Assembly (NCBI RefSeq): GCF_001194135.2
Contig: NC_068982.1
Span: 144,993,324-145,025,647, forward strand
DNA: 32,324 nt
Origin: Octopus bimaculoides
Taxonomy: Eukaryota
Reading direction: 5' to 3'
Part shown: positions 10,281 through 22,437 of the stretch, in pieces
How the letters are laid out: the number at the start of each line of letters is the position of its first letter
How positions within the stretch are numbered: the first letter of the stretch is position 1
The notes under the pieces: model-generated
Told to the model about the DNA's origin: nothing
The model's database searches: none
The model's input: the letters and a program-made list of their open reading frames with translations, nothing else
Made by a program: the position numbers and the translations under genes

Positions 10281-11785
10281 GTATCAAGTAGTTTTGGTCT
10301 TGTCTTTGGTTATGAAATCAACGTGATGAATACACATTTATGACCATCATGATATGTGACTTAATTGTGATTTCAGCTGATAAGAGCAACCCTAAGGGTC
10401 TAAGGAGATCGATACGGTTAATGTTGAGTTTAAACATCTTGATGTCTTCCCGATAAATGTGAAGGGAAAAAAGTAACTTAGAGGGGTAGGGATATAATAT
10501 GTGTGAGGAGATGTTAAAAGATAGATAGATGGAACCTTTGTCCAATGAGGCAGTTCAAAGCAGCATGTGCTCATTGCAATAATGATGGAATACCTGATAA
10601 GGAGACATCAATCAATCAATCAGTCTATCGATCAGTCACTCAATGTGTATGCATGAGTGTGCGTCAGTCTGTCTGCCTGTCTGTCTGTCTGTCTGTCTGT
10701 CTATTGGTTTACCTATTTATTTATGTATGCCTGCCTGCCTGTCTTTTTATCTACCAATGTGTCTCTCCGTATATACACTCATATATACGACCACGCGCGT
10801 ACACACACACACATACACATGCATGAGAAGACTATCTTACTTCATACACTAAAGGAAACAGTGCATGAATTAAGAAGAACGCAGGAAGAACTCAATACAA
10901 TGAAATGTAAAATAAAATTCTTATTTATATATGTTCATGTACATACACAAACACACACAAACAAACAAGACCTACTTATTTAACAAAAATGCTACTATTC
11001 AATAAAATACTTCATATCACTGCTGAGTTAATCTATTCTTATCGGAAAATCGCCTCCACTCATGAATCATCCATTTCAGGCTTCTCTTATATGCTCCTCT
11101 GATCTACAATACAGGCATTCGTAAATGTACATAAGGTGTGCGTATATGTTCGGTAACTCTTTGTGCTACTGCAACTGGAAACATGTAACCCTGTACAACC
11201 AGTCACAACCTTACAAAGCCTGTTTGGTAAGGAAGGTGCTTTTCGTTGGACACCCCATAGGATAAAAAAAGAAAAAAACTCCTGACAAATGGAGGATGAA
11301 CTCAGTAGAGTCAAGGCTATCCAAAGCTGGGAGTGACAGATCCCTAGTCTTTACTTAGACCTTTCTCTAGAAAGAAAACTCTGCCGTAATCCCTTATTTC
11401 ACATTCAATGATGTACAACAGTTCGTCTTTATAGTCTAATGCCTACGTTGCTCACAGAGTGGGATCGACCCTGTGCAAGGCTTTCTTCACTTTAGGTACA
11501 AGCATCGCTTGATTCTGAACATCACTATTATGTATTGCATACTATGGGTTGGCCGTAATCAGAAAAAAGGAAAGCCCTTAATGAAAAATTCTATAATTAT
11601 AATGGTATGAAGACATGGAACAGTGTAGATGACAAGTTCGCTGAACAGCTACTGCAAGATGCGCCCATCATTGGGAAATCCGTACAAAAGAATGTAATTC
11701 ATTTGCAAAACTGAAAAGCCACATCTGTGCTGTTCCTGTTTAAGAGAACAATCGATTTCATCTCAATGTATTGCTTATATAAATG

Positions 11786-11786
<1 letters not shown>

Positions 11787-11828
<42 letters not shown>

Positions 11829-11870
11829 CGCGCGCGTGCGTGCGAGTGTTAGTACCGAGCAGTAACTGTA

Positions 11871-11903
<33 letters not shown>

Positions 11904-11905
11904 TA
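11787..11905. repeat. (TG)17(CG)8 followed by (ATGT)n
   Basis: Directly visible. Confidence 0.95.
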
Positions 11906-12394
11906 TATTATGTATATATACATGTCCCTAAGATGCATACATATTGACATATATGCACACACTTAAAGATACGTAATACGAAAAGACTGCTACAATCGCT
12001 TTATTTTTTGCCACTAAAAATGTTTTATTCACACACACACACACACAAACGCAGATGGACAAACATTACACATACTGCACACACATATGCATTATACACA
12101 CATACAACACACATATATAATGCAATGCAATGGTGTACCTCAAATAAGATGTTTACTCTGTGGACATCTACGTGTGTGGTTATATGTAATTTATTGCAAT
12201 GTGACAAGAGAATGATAAACAAAATGACATGAAAGCAAATTATACAATAAATAACAGTCAACTAGAAAAAGTGAGAGATATATGGACAGTGTGGATGTGG
12301 TTTTGCTTGGTTTTTGTGTGATCAGCCTGTTGTAGCTCAGTGTTGTCTTTCAAAGGTCGACACTTGGCAAATATTCCCCTCTTAAAGGTTTTAT

Positions 12395-12597
12395 CTTTTA
12401 TCTTTTACTAGTTTCAGTCATTAGATTATGTCTATGCTGGAGCACTGCACTGAAGAAATTTTAGATGAATGAATCGACCTCAGTAACTTATTCAATATGC
12501 GTTTTTTGAAAACTGGTACTTATTCTATCGGATTCTTTTATCGATCCGCTAAGTTATCGGCACATAAACACAAGAACACTGACTGTCAAGAGGTGGT

Positions 12598-12630
<33 letters not shown>

Positions 12631-12631
12631 G

Positions 12632-12690
<59 letters not shown>

Positions 12691-12858
12691 ACACACATAC
12701 ACACGACTAGCTTTTTCCGTTTCCGCCTACCAAATTCAACCATAAGGCTTTGTTCAACTCGTGGCTATAGTAGAAGACACTTGCCCGAAGTGTCACGCAG
12801 TGGGACTGAACCCGGAACCATGTGGTTGGGAAGCAAACTTCTTACCACACAGCCACGC
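12395..12858 (-). mobile_element. Near full-length SINE family A with internal (TG)n microsatellite
   Basis: Minus strand: tRNA-like head and CORE-like part (12858-12705), internal (TG)n (12705-12598), then a 3' half with gatagaataagtaccag, ctgaggtcgat, ctccagcat and a (TAAAAGA)n tail. Confidence 0.88.
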
Positions 12859-13384
12859 TTGAGCCTATGTTAAAAAAGGAAGATGAATTGAATATGGCTC
12901 AGTTAGTATCCTTATTTTCTTAGAACATTCCACCAAAAATATTCCTCATTTTAGATATTCGTGTGAAATAATGCCCACCCCGCTCACGTCCAGCTTCTGT
13001 GGAATTTATTAATAAAGTGAAAACTTAATGAAATTGTCGACTTTGACACATCATCAGCCATCATTTTCTGTTGATTGCTACTAAAACACACTATTCATAT
13101 CTCAATACCACCAAAGATTATTTTTGAAAATGTGCTTAAAACACATATTTTCTCTGATTTAAATATTTATTTGTGATAAAAAAAAAATTATGATCCTACG
13201 ACTTTACAGCATTTATGACAAAAATGACACAAACAATGACAAAGTAATCACAGCTATTAATTGACCAGTGTTGCTTGCAAACTAGTGCGGTTTATTTGTG
13301 TGGAGAAACATGCACACACGAACACATAGAGTCACACACACATCAGAGCACGCGTGCACATGTATGTATGTGTGTGTTGATGCA

Positions 13385-13465
13385 TTTTTGTTTCAGTTTG
13401 AGTTTCTGTGACAACTGGCGTTGATTTGATTACGTCTTAGTTAATTACCTGTTCGATAAAATGGA
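13385..13465 (+). mobile_element. SINE family A, 3'-half fragment
   Basis: tgacaactggcgttgatttgattacgtc...gttcgataaaatggaccgatagaataagtacta. Confidence 0.6.
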
Positions 13466-13517
13466 CCGATAGAATAAGTACTATGTATGTATGTATGTAT
13501 GTATGTATGTATGTATG

Positions 13518-13551
<34 letters not shown>

Positions 13552-13576
13552 TGTATGTATGTATGTATGTATGTAT
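13463..13576. repeat. (ATGT)n microsatellite (a (TG)n tract also lies at about 13855-13915)
   Basis: Directly visible. Confidence 0.95.
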
Positions 13577-13850
13577 GGATTCAAGTAATTCAGTAGTACT
13601 CATAAAAAATGTTCCTTAATGTATCACTCTACAAAACGTAGAATATATTGTACGATACGAGAGAAAACAAGGAATGTATAAGGTCATAAATGAAGAGAAA
13701 TAGTTTGATGAAATTTTATTTAACAATAAGAAAATTCTAATATCACGACAGATTGTTTCGTAACTTAAAACATGTAAATAATCTATATTATTATATTTAA
13801 TGATAAATAAATTACTTACATGTTTTTATGTGTATATGTATGTATACATG

Positions 13851-13919
<69 letters not shown>

Positions 13920-15244
13920 TTAGAAATAAGAGCTAAAGCGCTCTGATGCTGCAGTCAACGCATGAAGAATAAGGATAAAATCAAGTTTATATTAATGTTC
14001 CCAAGTGCGTTTGTATCTCTGACTTGTTACAGAAAAGTGTTCTATGAGGATCCGTTGCAGTTGAGCTTCGATATGCATTTAGAACATTTAGCCAAGTGCC
14101 GCAAACAACCATAATAGTGAAATGTGCGCAAAAACTTTAAAAACATAAACATGAGTTTATCCTTATTTTTCCTACATTTGTCAATAACTAGTAATACTAC
14201 CCAGTTAGTTAATTAACAACTATACAGAAAGCAAACTGGATTATGAAAATCTATGTGGTGCTTTAAATGAAACAATGCGCACAATTATATATATATATGT
14301 ATATGCACACGCACAGTTTATACTATATATACATACGTGCACACACACGTACATGCACATATATGCTCACATAGAAATTATCCTTGACCAATGTGTATCA
14401 ATGAAACATGGACGAAAAAACTGTAAAACTGGTGTTTGCAAAGGAACTATTTACTAATTTTGTTCACTGTCACCATCAGAAGTGCAGCAAACCTTTAATC
14501 ACTCTTTAATTGTTATGTCGCTGAAATTATGTTTACCTCATAATAATGAAATTTAATAACAATGCAAATTGGTTATACGGTAAAATAAACATCATTATCT
14601 GTGACGCACGTATTTCTAATTGTAATTTCTGACTGATTACTGCATTCAATATAGACTGTTATGTGAAAATATGTCTGTTATTTGCAGTTCTAATCTTGAT
14701 TTGTAGTTATTTTAGACTACTAGATGACTATGTAAGCCTACAAGCTACAGCGTTAAGTTAATTTGAAGGTATTTTAAACTGTTAGATGATTTTATAGACC
14801 TACAATTTGCAGGATTAATTTTTTCCCCTGCTTTTTAGGCTATTAGGTGATGATATAAGTCTACTATTTCCAGGGATAATCTTAATTTGTCGCTATTTTA
14901 GATGGCTATGTGATGCAGAATAAAATGTCTTATCTGAAAACACAATCGAACGCTAGCAAGAATGGATTGAAACTGAAGATTCGAAAGACACGAACCTTGG
15001 TTACCCAATACCATAGCTAGTTGACCATTTTGCCAAGCACAACAGATATAAACATTCTGATGTTATCTATATAAAATTATCTTTGTATTTTGCAAAAAGC
15101 GCGTATTTTCCAATTAAGATTGACAGGTGTTCATGCATTTACTTATGATACTATTTTCATAAACTCTGACCGATATTTTGCATAAATTGTGAAAGCTGAA
15201 TGTATTGAATTTGTGACAGTAATTTAGTTATTATTAACCATGAA

Positions 15245-15450
15245 AAGGCGGTAAGCTGGCCGAATCGTTCTGATACCGGTCAAAATGCTTAGCGACATTT
15301 TGCTCGTCTTTAGGTTTTGAGTTTAAATGTCATCGAAGTCAACTTTTCCTTTCATTCTTTCGGGGTCAATGGAATAAATACTAGTCAAATACTGGGGTCG
15401 ACTAACCCCTCCCTCCAAATTTCAGCCTTGTGCCTATATTAGGAAGGATT
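15245..15450 (+). mobile_element. SINE family B
   Basis: aggcggtaagctggccgaatcgtt...tttcattctttcggggtcaatggaataaatactag...cagccttgtgcctatattagga. Confidence 0.8.
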
Positions 15451-15491
15451 ATTTACTATGAAATTATCTGAATTAGATTTCTGAGAATATA

Positions 15492-16187
15492 CGAGGGTAA
15501 ATAAAAAATTATCCGCACTTTCGTCATAGCATATTTTCATTATTGTCACACTGCCTTTTGCGCATGCGCGTTTATAGTTGGTACATTTGTGGTCACGTGA
15601 TCGAAGTTTGAGCCTAATCGCGCCATTCTTCTTTCTGGCGTTACAGTGTAAGCATGGCCGCTCCACTAGCAATGTGTACCAAAGAAGAACAAAGTGCAGT
15701 GATCCGATTTCTCTAGAAAAGGAGGTGTACGATCAACAATGCAAGATACAGTGCTTTGCTGGCCAACAAATTGAAGCCAGCAATTTGCACCAAACATCGA
15801 AGCTTGTTGTCGAAGAAAGCTTGTTGTTTCATAACAATTCACGCCCACACATGGCCGTCTATAAACCATTAACCAATTGGGTTTTGGGGTGTTGGAACAT
15901 CCTGCCTACAGTCCAGATCTCATTCCTTCCAACTATCATATCTTTGTACCTTTCAAAGATGGTTTACGAGGTCGTCTATTTCCTACGGATAATGTGAAGA
16001 AAGCAGTGCATAAATGGTTGCACGACCAACCGAAAACCTTCTTCTTGGAGGGAATACGCAAGCTTGTGGACCGCTTGACCAAGTGCATTGAAAAGGAAGG
16101 ATACTATATAGAAAAATAGCGTACTTGTTTATCCCCTGCTTCTGTGTAAATACATTGGAATGCGTATAATTTTTGACTCTCCATCGG
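15492..16187 (+). mobile_element. Internally deleted mariner (DD34D) transposon
   Basis: Left TIR TA|CGAGGGTAAATAAAAAATTATCCGCAC and a degenerate right TIR at 16159-16187. ATG at 15654 gives MAAPLAMCTKEEQSAVIRFL*, joined in frame to TINNARYSALLANKLKPAI. After frameshifts come LLFHNNSRPH (HDNARPH) and HPAYSPDLIPSNYHIF...KCIEKEGYYIEK* (stop 16119). Confidence 0.92.
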
Positions 16188-16479
16188 ATATAACAAGAAA
16201 AAATAGTAACAAAAAAGAGAGACGATAAAATGAATATAAAATGCACAATATTCTGTCACCATAACTAAAATTCATGCAAAGGAGAACAAATTGAAATAAG
16301 CAGACAATAATAATTTCTAAGATGACAAGGAGTCAGCATTATATTCTAGGTAATTACAGCGTGGTTTTCACTGAAAGTTTTATGCTAGCCAACCAAAATC
16401 AAATCTCATCTCTTTCCTAGTCAAAACATTGTTTACTTTTTATTCCTTCCATCGTTAGTTCCATTAGTTCTTTGTTGAC

Positions 16480-17470
16480 CAATAGAAGAACCGTGAATTT
16501 CATGTAGTTCTATAGCCAAATGGAATCCTTTTCATGTGAGTAATCACTTTCGTTTAGATTCCCATTATTCTTTTCTGTATCTTCTTTCTTCTTCTCCACA
16601 CCCACTGTTCCCGATAATTTGCCTGCCAATCTATAATTCTTTCTCATCATTTCAAGATGATTTAGTGCTGCTGATGGCTGTAGCCAGAGAACGAACCACT
16701 CAGCTTCTTCGTTACTGGCTTCTAGCATTGAAGTGGAGATGATTTCTTTCGCTAAATCTCTGAGCTACAATCCATACAACTAGAAATAACTGTTTCTGGA
16801 ATTTGTCGTTATTGTTGCTGCCTCCGTCGTTTAATGCTTTTTTCTTTCCGAGCAGAAAGGCCTTAAAATAGCTCTTTTTACCACACGTAACAGCTGAGGT
16901 TTCTGCCCTTCACCACAAATCTGATTGCGTCCATCTTTACAGCAACATTGGGTACAACTCCGGAATAGCTTTGTGGTCTTCAGAGACATCAGGTCTTTGC
17001 ATATTGCGTGTTAATTCGACACTCATCATCTGGTCATACATACTATGTCACTAAGTTAACGATAAGCTAAGCGTTAACATTGGTATTGGTCTACTAATTT
17101 CTTTCTCTAGTTGTGAACCTTGTGTTTGCGGTGCCGGCTTGTTGGCAGGGGTATGTTGCTTACAAGATCTGCATGTTCCTCTTCCCATCCTTGATTTCGT
17201 TGGTCTGGTATACACTTTCTTTTGCTTCACCTAGTTTGAAGGAGTATAGATCATGTTATTCATTACTTAGTGCTTTTGTACCTGTCAATATAACAGCATA
17301 TTGAAGTAATCATGGTTTTTAGAGTCCTTTTCCTCTTTGCTCTCTCTTGGATGAATTCCTCGAACAAGAAGGTACTATTCAGGTGACATATCTCTCCCAT
17401 TTTTTCATGAAAACGCTCTATGTACAGCGAGTCCTCCTTTACATGGTTAAGAAAACTAACGTATTAACAG
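16480..17470 (-). mobile_element. Possible highly decayed LINE ORF remnant (family unresolved; weak R4/Dong-like echoes)
   Basis: Non-repetitive, purine-skewed minus strand with K/R/E-rich partial frames (NEEAEW, WQA). No diagnostic motif is secure. Confidence 0.25.
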
Positions 17471-17611
17471 CTGTCTCTTATTTACTAAGAATGAATCTGC
17501 TCGTTTAATTAAAATTCTTCTGTTTGTCTTTCATTTTTAAATCTGTTAAATTTTTTTGTCAGGGAGCGTAAATGTCTGCATTCGTCACCTCTGCCTGACT
17601 TTTCAGAGACA

Positions 17612-17637
17612 CGTACAACAACAACAACAACAATAAT

Positions 17638-17700
<63 letters not shown>
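17612..17700. repeat. (AAC)n/(TAC)n trinucleotide repeats
   Basis: Directly visible. They explain the poly-V ORF 17509..17742. Confidence 0.95.
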
Positions 17701-17702
<2 letters not shown>

Positions 17703-17894
17703 TCTGCGAAATCTGTAACGTAATTTCTGGTTTGGTTTGCAACTTTCCACCCTCTCTCGCGCTCTCTTTCTATATGAATGTATGTATATGCAAAGGCATA
17801 TTTCTTAGCACTATCTTTAAAGACATTAAGCTATCACTTTCAAAAATAATAAATTCCTTTTTTGTTTTTGAGAACTAAGGGATCTTGTAACAAT

Positions 17895-18168
17895 ATTCCT
17901 TTTAATTTTTGGTACAAGGCCCACAATTTTCTAGTATGTGTAGTCTAGCCCTAGAACTTGAACTTACATCGACCCTAGTACTTGAATGGTACTTTATGTT
18001 ATCATCAGGCTTTGTGTTAAGGTTAGTAGAAGTAGCCGGTACTTTATTTTACCGATTGTAATCGGATGAAAGGTAAAGTTGACCACGGCGGCATTTGAAC
18101 ACAAAACATGAAAAACCAGAACAGATGCCACAAGGCGTCTCACCTGACGTTCTAACTCTTCTGCCAAT
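17895..18168 (-). mobile_element. SINE family B with a short internal insertion/duplication
   Basis: Reverse complement has ttggcagaagagttagaac...ttcaaatgccgccgtggtcaactttacctttcatccg...ggccttgtaccaaaa. ggtactttat occurs twice. Confidence 0.75.
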
Positions 18169-18184
18169 AAACTTCCCTATATGT

Positions 18185-18434
18185 GCTTCTAGCATAGGAA
18201 CAAGACCTGGAAATTCTTCTGTATGTGTATCTGTGTCTGAGTGTGTGTATGGTAGGGGAAGAGGGTTACTCGATACGATATAGTCTAGTACTTGAAGGAT
18301 ACTTTATTTCATCCATCTCAGAGAGATTAAAGGCAAAGCTAACTTCGGCAAAATTTGAAATCACAACGTGAAGAGTTGTGAGAAATACCACAAGCCATTT
18401 TGTTAGACGCTCTGTCGATTCAACCCGTTCATAA
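18185..18434 (-). mobile_element. Diverged SINE family B
   Basis: Reverse complement has tttcaaattttgccgaagttagctttgcctttaatc...gatgaaataaagtatcc. Confidence 0.65.
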
Positions 18435-18439
18435 TATGA

Positions 18440-18850
18440 TAATTTCTTTTATTAGCCACTGGGGCATAGAAGAGGGGAGGCATTACAAGGAAAGAAAATT
18501 TGTGTGGGGATTTATATAAGGGCTGGAGAGAAAGAAAGTGTAAAGACAGTGAAATGCGATAAAAGCATACATAGTATACAAAGTATTTGATAACATGAAT
18601 GATGGAGTCCTCCTGATACAGGAGTAACTTCAGCTAGAGTCAATCAAGAGACCCTACAGAACCAGGATTACTTTAACCACCAAAGGTATGAGCCTTCTCT
18701 CCTGCTCCCCAATCTTAGAGTAGAGCCATTCACTCTAACCATTTTTTCCACAGTCACCCATCTTTTCACCAATCGACTGAAACGTAGCACTTCCCTCTCC
18801 ACTCGCACTTTCCTTTCCAAGTGGAGCTTATAAAAAGGTTGATTGATGAT
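18440..18850 (-). mobile_element. Tx1/L1-like LINE 3' end (ORF2 C-terminus plus 3' UTR)
   Basis: Minus frame FYKLHLERKVRVEREVLRFSRLVKRWVTVEKMVRVNG is homologous to 28465-28623. It runs on without a gap to the tail cccctcttctatgccccagtggctaataaaagaaat. The homology is seen; the clade is inferred. Confidence 0.6.
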
Positions 18851-19785
18851 GGAAAGTAACAACAACGAGAATGATATTTCATAAAAAAAAAACCGAGAGT
18901 GGCTTGTATGACACGTACAAAAAGCTAAAAAAATCGTACACATATCGTACACATATCTAATACATATACATTTACACACATACATGTGAGACATTCATTT
19001 ACAATTATAAATATAGACAATATGACATAGCTTTTTCCTTTCTTTTTCCTTTCTTTTTCCTTTTTCCTTTCTTTCACCATCGATTTGAAATAAAAAAAAA
19101 ATGTAGATGGTAAAAGTTGTTTCTATCGCTATAAAATTCTCCTCCATCTGTTCTTGAATCTAATCAATTGGAATACGTCAGTAGGTTTTGGCAGAATCTT
19201 TTGTCATAAAAATTGTTCTGAAGTAATTATCAATGTCGAAACCAGCTTTGCAGAAATGACAGAAAATTTCACCTTGTTAAAATGAAACTAATTAAATGTT
19301 CTAAAGTCATAAATGAATTGTTTAGAACGAATAAAGGAAAAAAAAAGTTTTCCATTAAACGTTGAAAATTGAATTTGCTTTAAGTTTTAAACTTAGTTTT
19401 AAAATTATCTCCCCTTTTATTTGAGAATTACTGACATGCTGTTGTGAATGCATTGCTTTACACCCGCGTCGTTAAAATCATATATCCACAACCAAGGATA
19501 TAAAAAAATTATAGGGGAGGGTATTCATTACATGGGATAACGAATAGTCCTCTATGCCAACGTGTCTGTGTTGGACGCCATGTTTTTAAGAGATTCCAGA
19601 AATTCTCCATGTGAGATTCTTATATGAATAGATGCACACATCTCGGTGCATGCATCGACAGTTCAACCAGCACACCAACTCAACCACATATTCACAAACA
19701 CTGGGAATTTGCTTAACAGAAAAATGGCTTGAACTCTCTCAAGAACTTAAATCAAATTTAAAGAAAAATCATACAACACACACAC

Positions 19786-19787
<2 letters not shown>

Positions 19788-19835
<48 letters not shown>

Positions 19836-20228
19836 NNNNNNNNNNNNNNNNNNNNNNNNNNNNNNNNNNNNNNNNNNNNNNNNNNNNNNNNNNNNNNNNN
19901 NNNNNNNNNNNNNNNNNNNNNNNNNNNNNNNNNNNNNNNNNNNNNNNNNNNNNNNNNNNNNNNNNNNNNNNNNNNNNNNNNNNNNNNNNNNNNNNNNNNN
20001 NNNNNNNNNNNNNNNNNNNNNNNNNNNNNNNNNNNNNNNNNNNNNNNNNNNNNNNNNNNNNNNNNNNNNNNNNNNNNNNNNNNNNNNNNNNNNNNNNNNN
20101 NNNNNNNNNNNNNNNNNNNNNNNNNNNNNNNNNNNNNNNNNNNNNNNNNNNNNNNNNNNNNNNNNNNNNNNNNNNNNNNNNNNNNNNNNNNNNNNNNNNN
20201 NNNATATATATATATATATATATATACA
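19788..20228. repeat. (TA)n tract spanning an N gap
   Basis: Directly visible on both gap edges. Confidence 0.9.
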
Positions 20229-20389
20229 TAAACAACATAACATATAAGCATGACCACCGTATAGTATGCACACGCTTTTTGCTGTCCTGGAAACTTTCAC
20301 CCTGCTCAGGTTTAATATAACTTCAATTACTAATAGTCACTAAAAGTCGTAGATATATCTGTAAATCTACTACTCATGACATGGTGAAG

Positions 20390-21190
20390 AAAATCCACTG
20401 TCTTCCATCAACTCGTAAAGATTATTCACATTTTATATTATCATTGTCAAGTCCACATATCTTCACAGCAATTCATAGTTTATTTACAATGTAGTGAGAA
20501 ATTTTTCAATACTCATTATAGATTTTATAGTTCATTTCATTTAGAAAACATAATAAATTTGTAACCATCTTATCTTAAATAGTAAAGTTTATTAGCATAT
20601 TGCATCAACATTGACACATCCATATGAGTACACTGTAATTTCTAAGTTTATTTACAAAGTATTTAGGAATAGTTATTATAGACGCAGATTTAAAGTAAGT
20701 GTTAATTTCATAGTTCACTTCTTTTAGTAAAGCTTATTAACGTCTTTTTATCTCAGTATATATATAAAAGATAATAATAAGAAAAACAGAACAAATATTA
20801 GAGATCAACATCAACATAAACAGATTCCCGCCGTTTACGATACACTTCGTAAATTTACTTATAAAGAAACGTGATAAGAAATACTTTTTACACTAAACTT
20901 CTTTTAGCAAAGTTAATTAGCATCTTTTTTATTTCATTTAGCACAATTTTCATTTTGCCACCAACAAAACAAATCCATGCCGTTTACACTGTACTTTGTA
21001 AGTTGTAAGAAACGTGATAAGAAATATTAAAATTTTTGCTTTGACAGACGTAATGTAAGTAAAACCTAATATTTCATTTCATTCAACAAACGCACAAAGT
21101 TTACATCGTAAATTTAATTGCAAAGACATAATGAAATATTTTAACTTTTCCTTATAGGAACAGACATGAGGTAAGCAAAATTTATGTCGT
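20390..21190 (+). repeat. Degenerate modular tandem array (about 5-6 units, roughly 60-210 bp apart)
   Basis: Recurring motifs: gccgtttac (20830, 20979), aagaaacgtgataagaaata (20864, 21007), acttcttttag(t/c)aaag (20718, 20897) and cag-A6-gtaag (20685, 21045, 21161). Confidence 0.6.
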
Positions 21191-21464
21191 CTGCTTTTTT
21201 TTTCATTTCCTTTTATGACCTCACTTTATAATCTCATAACAACAAACCACTCTTCAACTCCATTGTTAATCTCTTTGAAAGCTATAAACAACTAATTAAG
21301 AATAATTAGACAATTTCGTTATCTTAACAATTCAGCTTTCTTCCTACATCGCTTCACTTTCGTTTCCTTTCGAGCAAAAAAAAAAAAAGAATCTTAGTCT
21401 GTCTGATGTCAACAAAACTGAAACTATTGAAGGAGAAATCTTAAAAAAAAAAGACAAATTCAAG

Positions 21465-22060
21465 ACGAAGAGAAACTGGTAAATGGAAAAATACGCTTCA
21501 TTTTAATGGCATGGAAATTAGCAGAAGGCGATCCATCCAATAATTTGATTGCAAAGGCATTAGAGTGCCATGGTTTCCATAAAACAATAGCACAGATAGA
21601 GAGAAAAATGAGCGTATTCATTGATTCTTATGCCCTTCAAAAGTCATACATAAGTTTGCTGGTCAGCTTGATGCAGCATGAATATGAAGCAAGCTCAAGC
21701 AAAGAATGTAGCAACCCAGAATCGGTAAAAGACTTGAACGAAGAAGTCAATGCTGTGCCTAAGTATGATGTCAAGAAAGCATACAGACCCTAAACGGCCC
21801 CAGCATTAATTCTTAAAAGCAATGGTGGAGAAAACAGAACTAGCAACAAAGAAGTTGCTACTACCCCCAAGAATAAAAGAAGAAACCACTTGGAAGAGGC
21901 ATCAATAAACAAGGCAAAGGACACAGGATAAGCACCCAGACAAATTATAATAAAAATAAGAATAGAAATATTAAAGCCAACAACAACAACAACAACAACA
22001 GTAAAAACAACAGGAAAACAGAAAACAAAATTCGAAACGGTTGTAGATTCTATTTAAAAC
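21465..22060 (+). pseudogene. Decayed Myb/SANT-like (trihelix/MADF-type) DNA-binding protein ORF, possibly a PIF/Harbinger accessory gene
   Basis: RNW*MEK/IRFILMAWK (one frameshift), then NNLIAKALECHGFHKTIAQIERKMSVFIDSY. This fits the pattern W..EE..L...W ... IA..L...G+.+T..QI..K+..L...Y. A low-complexity C-terminus with stops follows. Confidence 0.5.
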
Positions 22061-22289
22061 GTGTACTGATACAATAAAAATCAGAAGTAGAAAACTCGTT
22101 CAAGAAGCGGCCAGCGAGAACTCCGGATATATTTCGGCTGTTTTAGCCCAGTGTTTTAACACACCATGTTCCATAAGAGATGTTATGTCAGGACAAACAC
22201 CGCAGATACTGGCCAATCAGCAGTGTATATACATTAAGTATGATACATAGGTGGCTACTTTAATATAATATTGCCCCGATTGCGTATAT

Positions 22290-22293
22290 CTGG

Positions 22294-22326
<33 letters not shown>

Positions 22327-22359
22327 TACTACATATATCTATCTATATATGTCTGTCTG

Positions 22360-22428
<69 letters not shown>

Positions 22429-22437
22429 TTATATATG
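22290..22437. repeat. (TA)n/(ATCT)n compound microsatellite
   Basis: Directly visible. Confidence 0.95.

Noticed and set aside
12760-12858. tRNA gene from A/B-box motifs (also at 90-175, 1575-1630 and 14985-15040)
   Set aside because: No cloverleaf is evident. These are tRNA-derived SINE heads continuing into SINE bodies.
15877-16119. SETMAR-like or domesticated transposase
   Set aside because: There is an early stop, frameshifts, the catalytic D is changed to N, and a large internal deletion.
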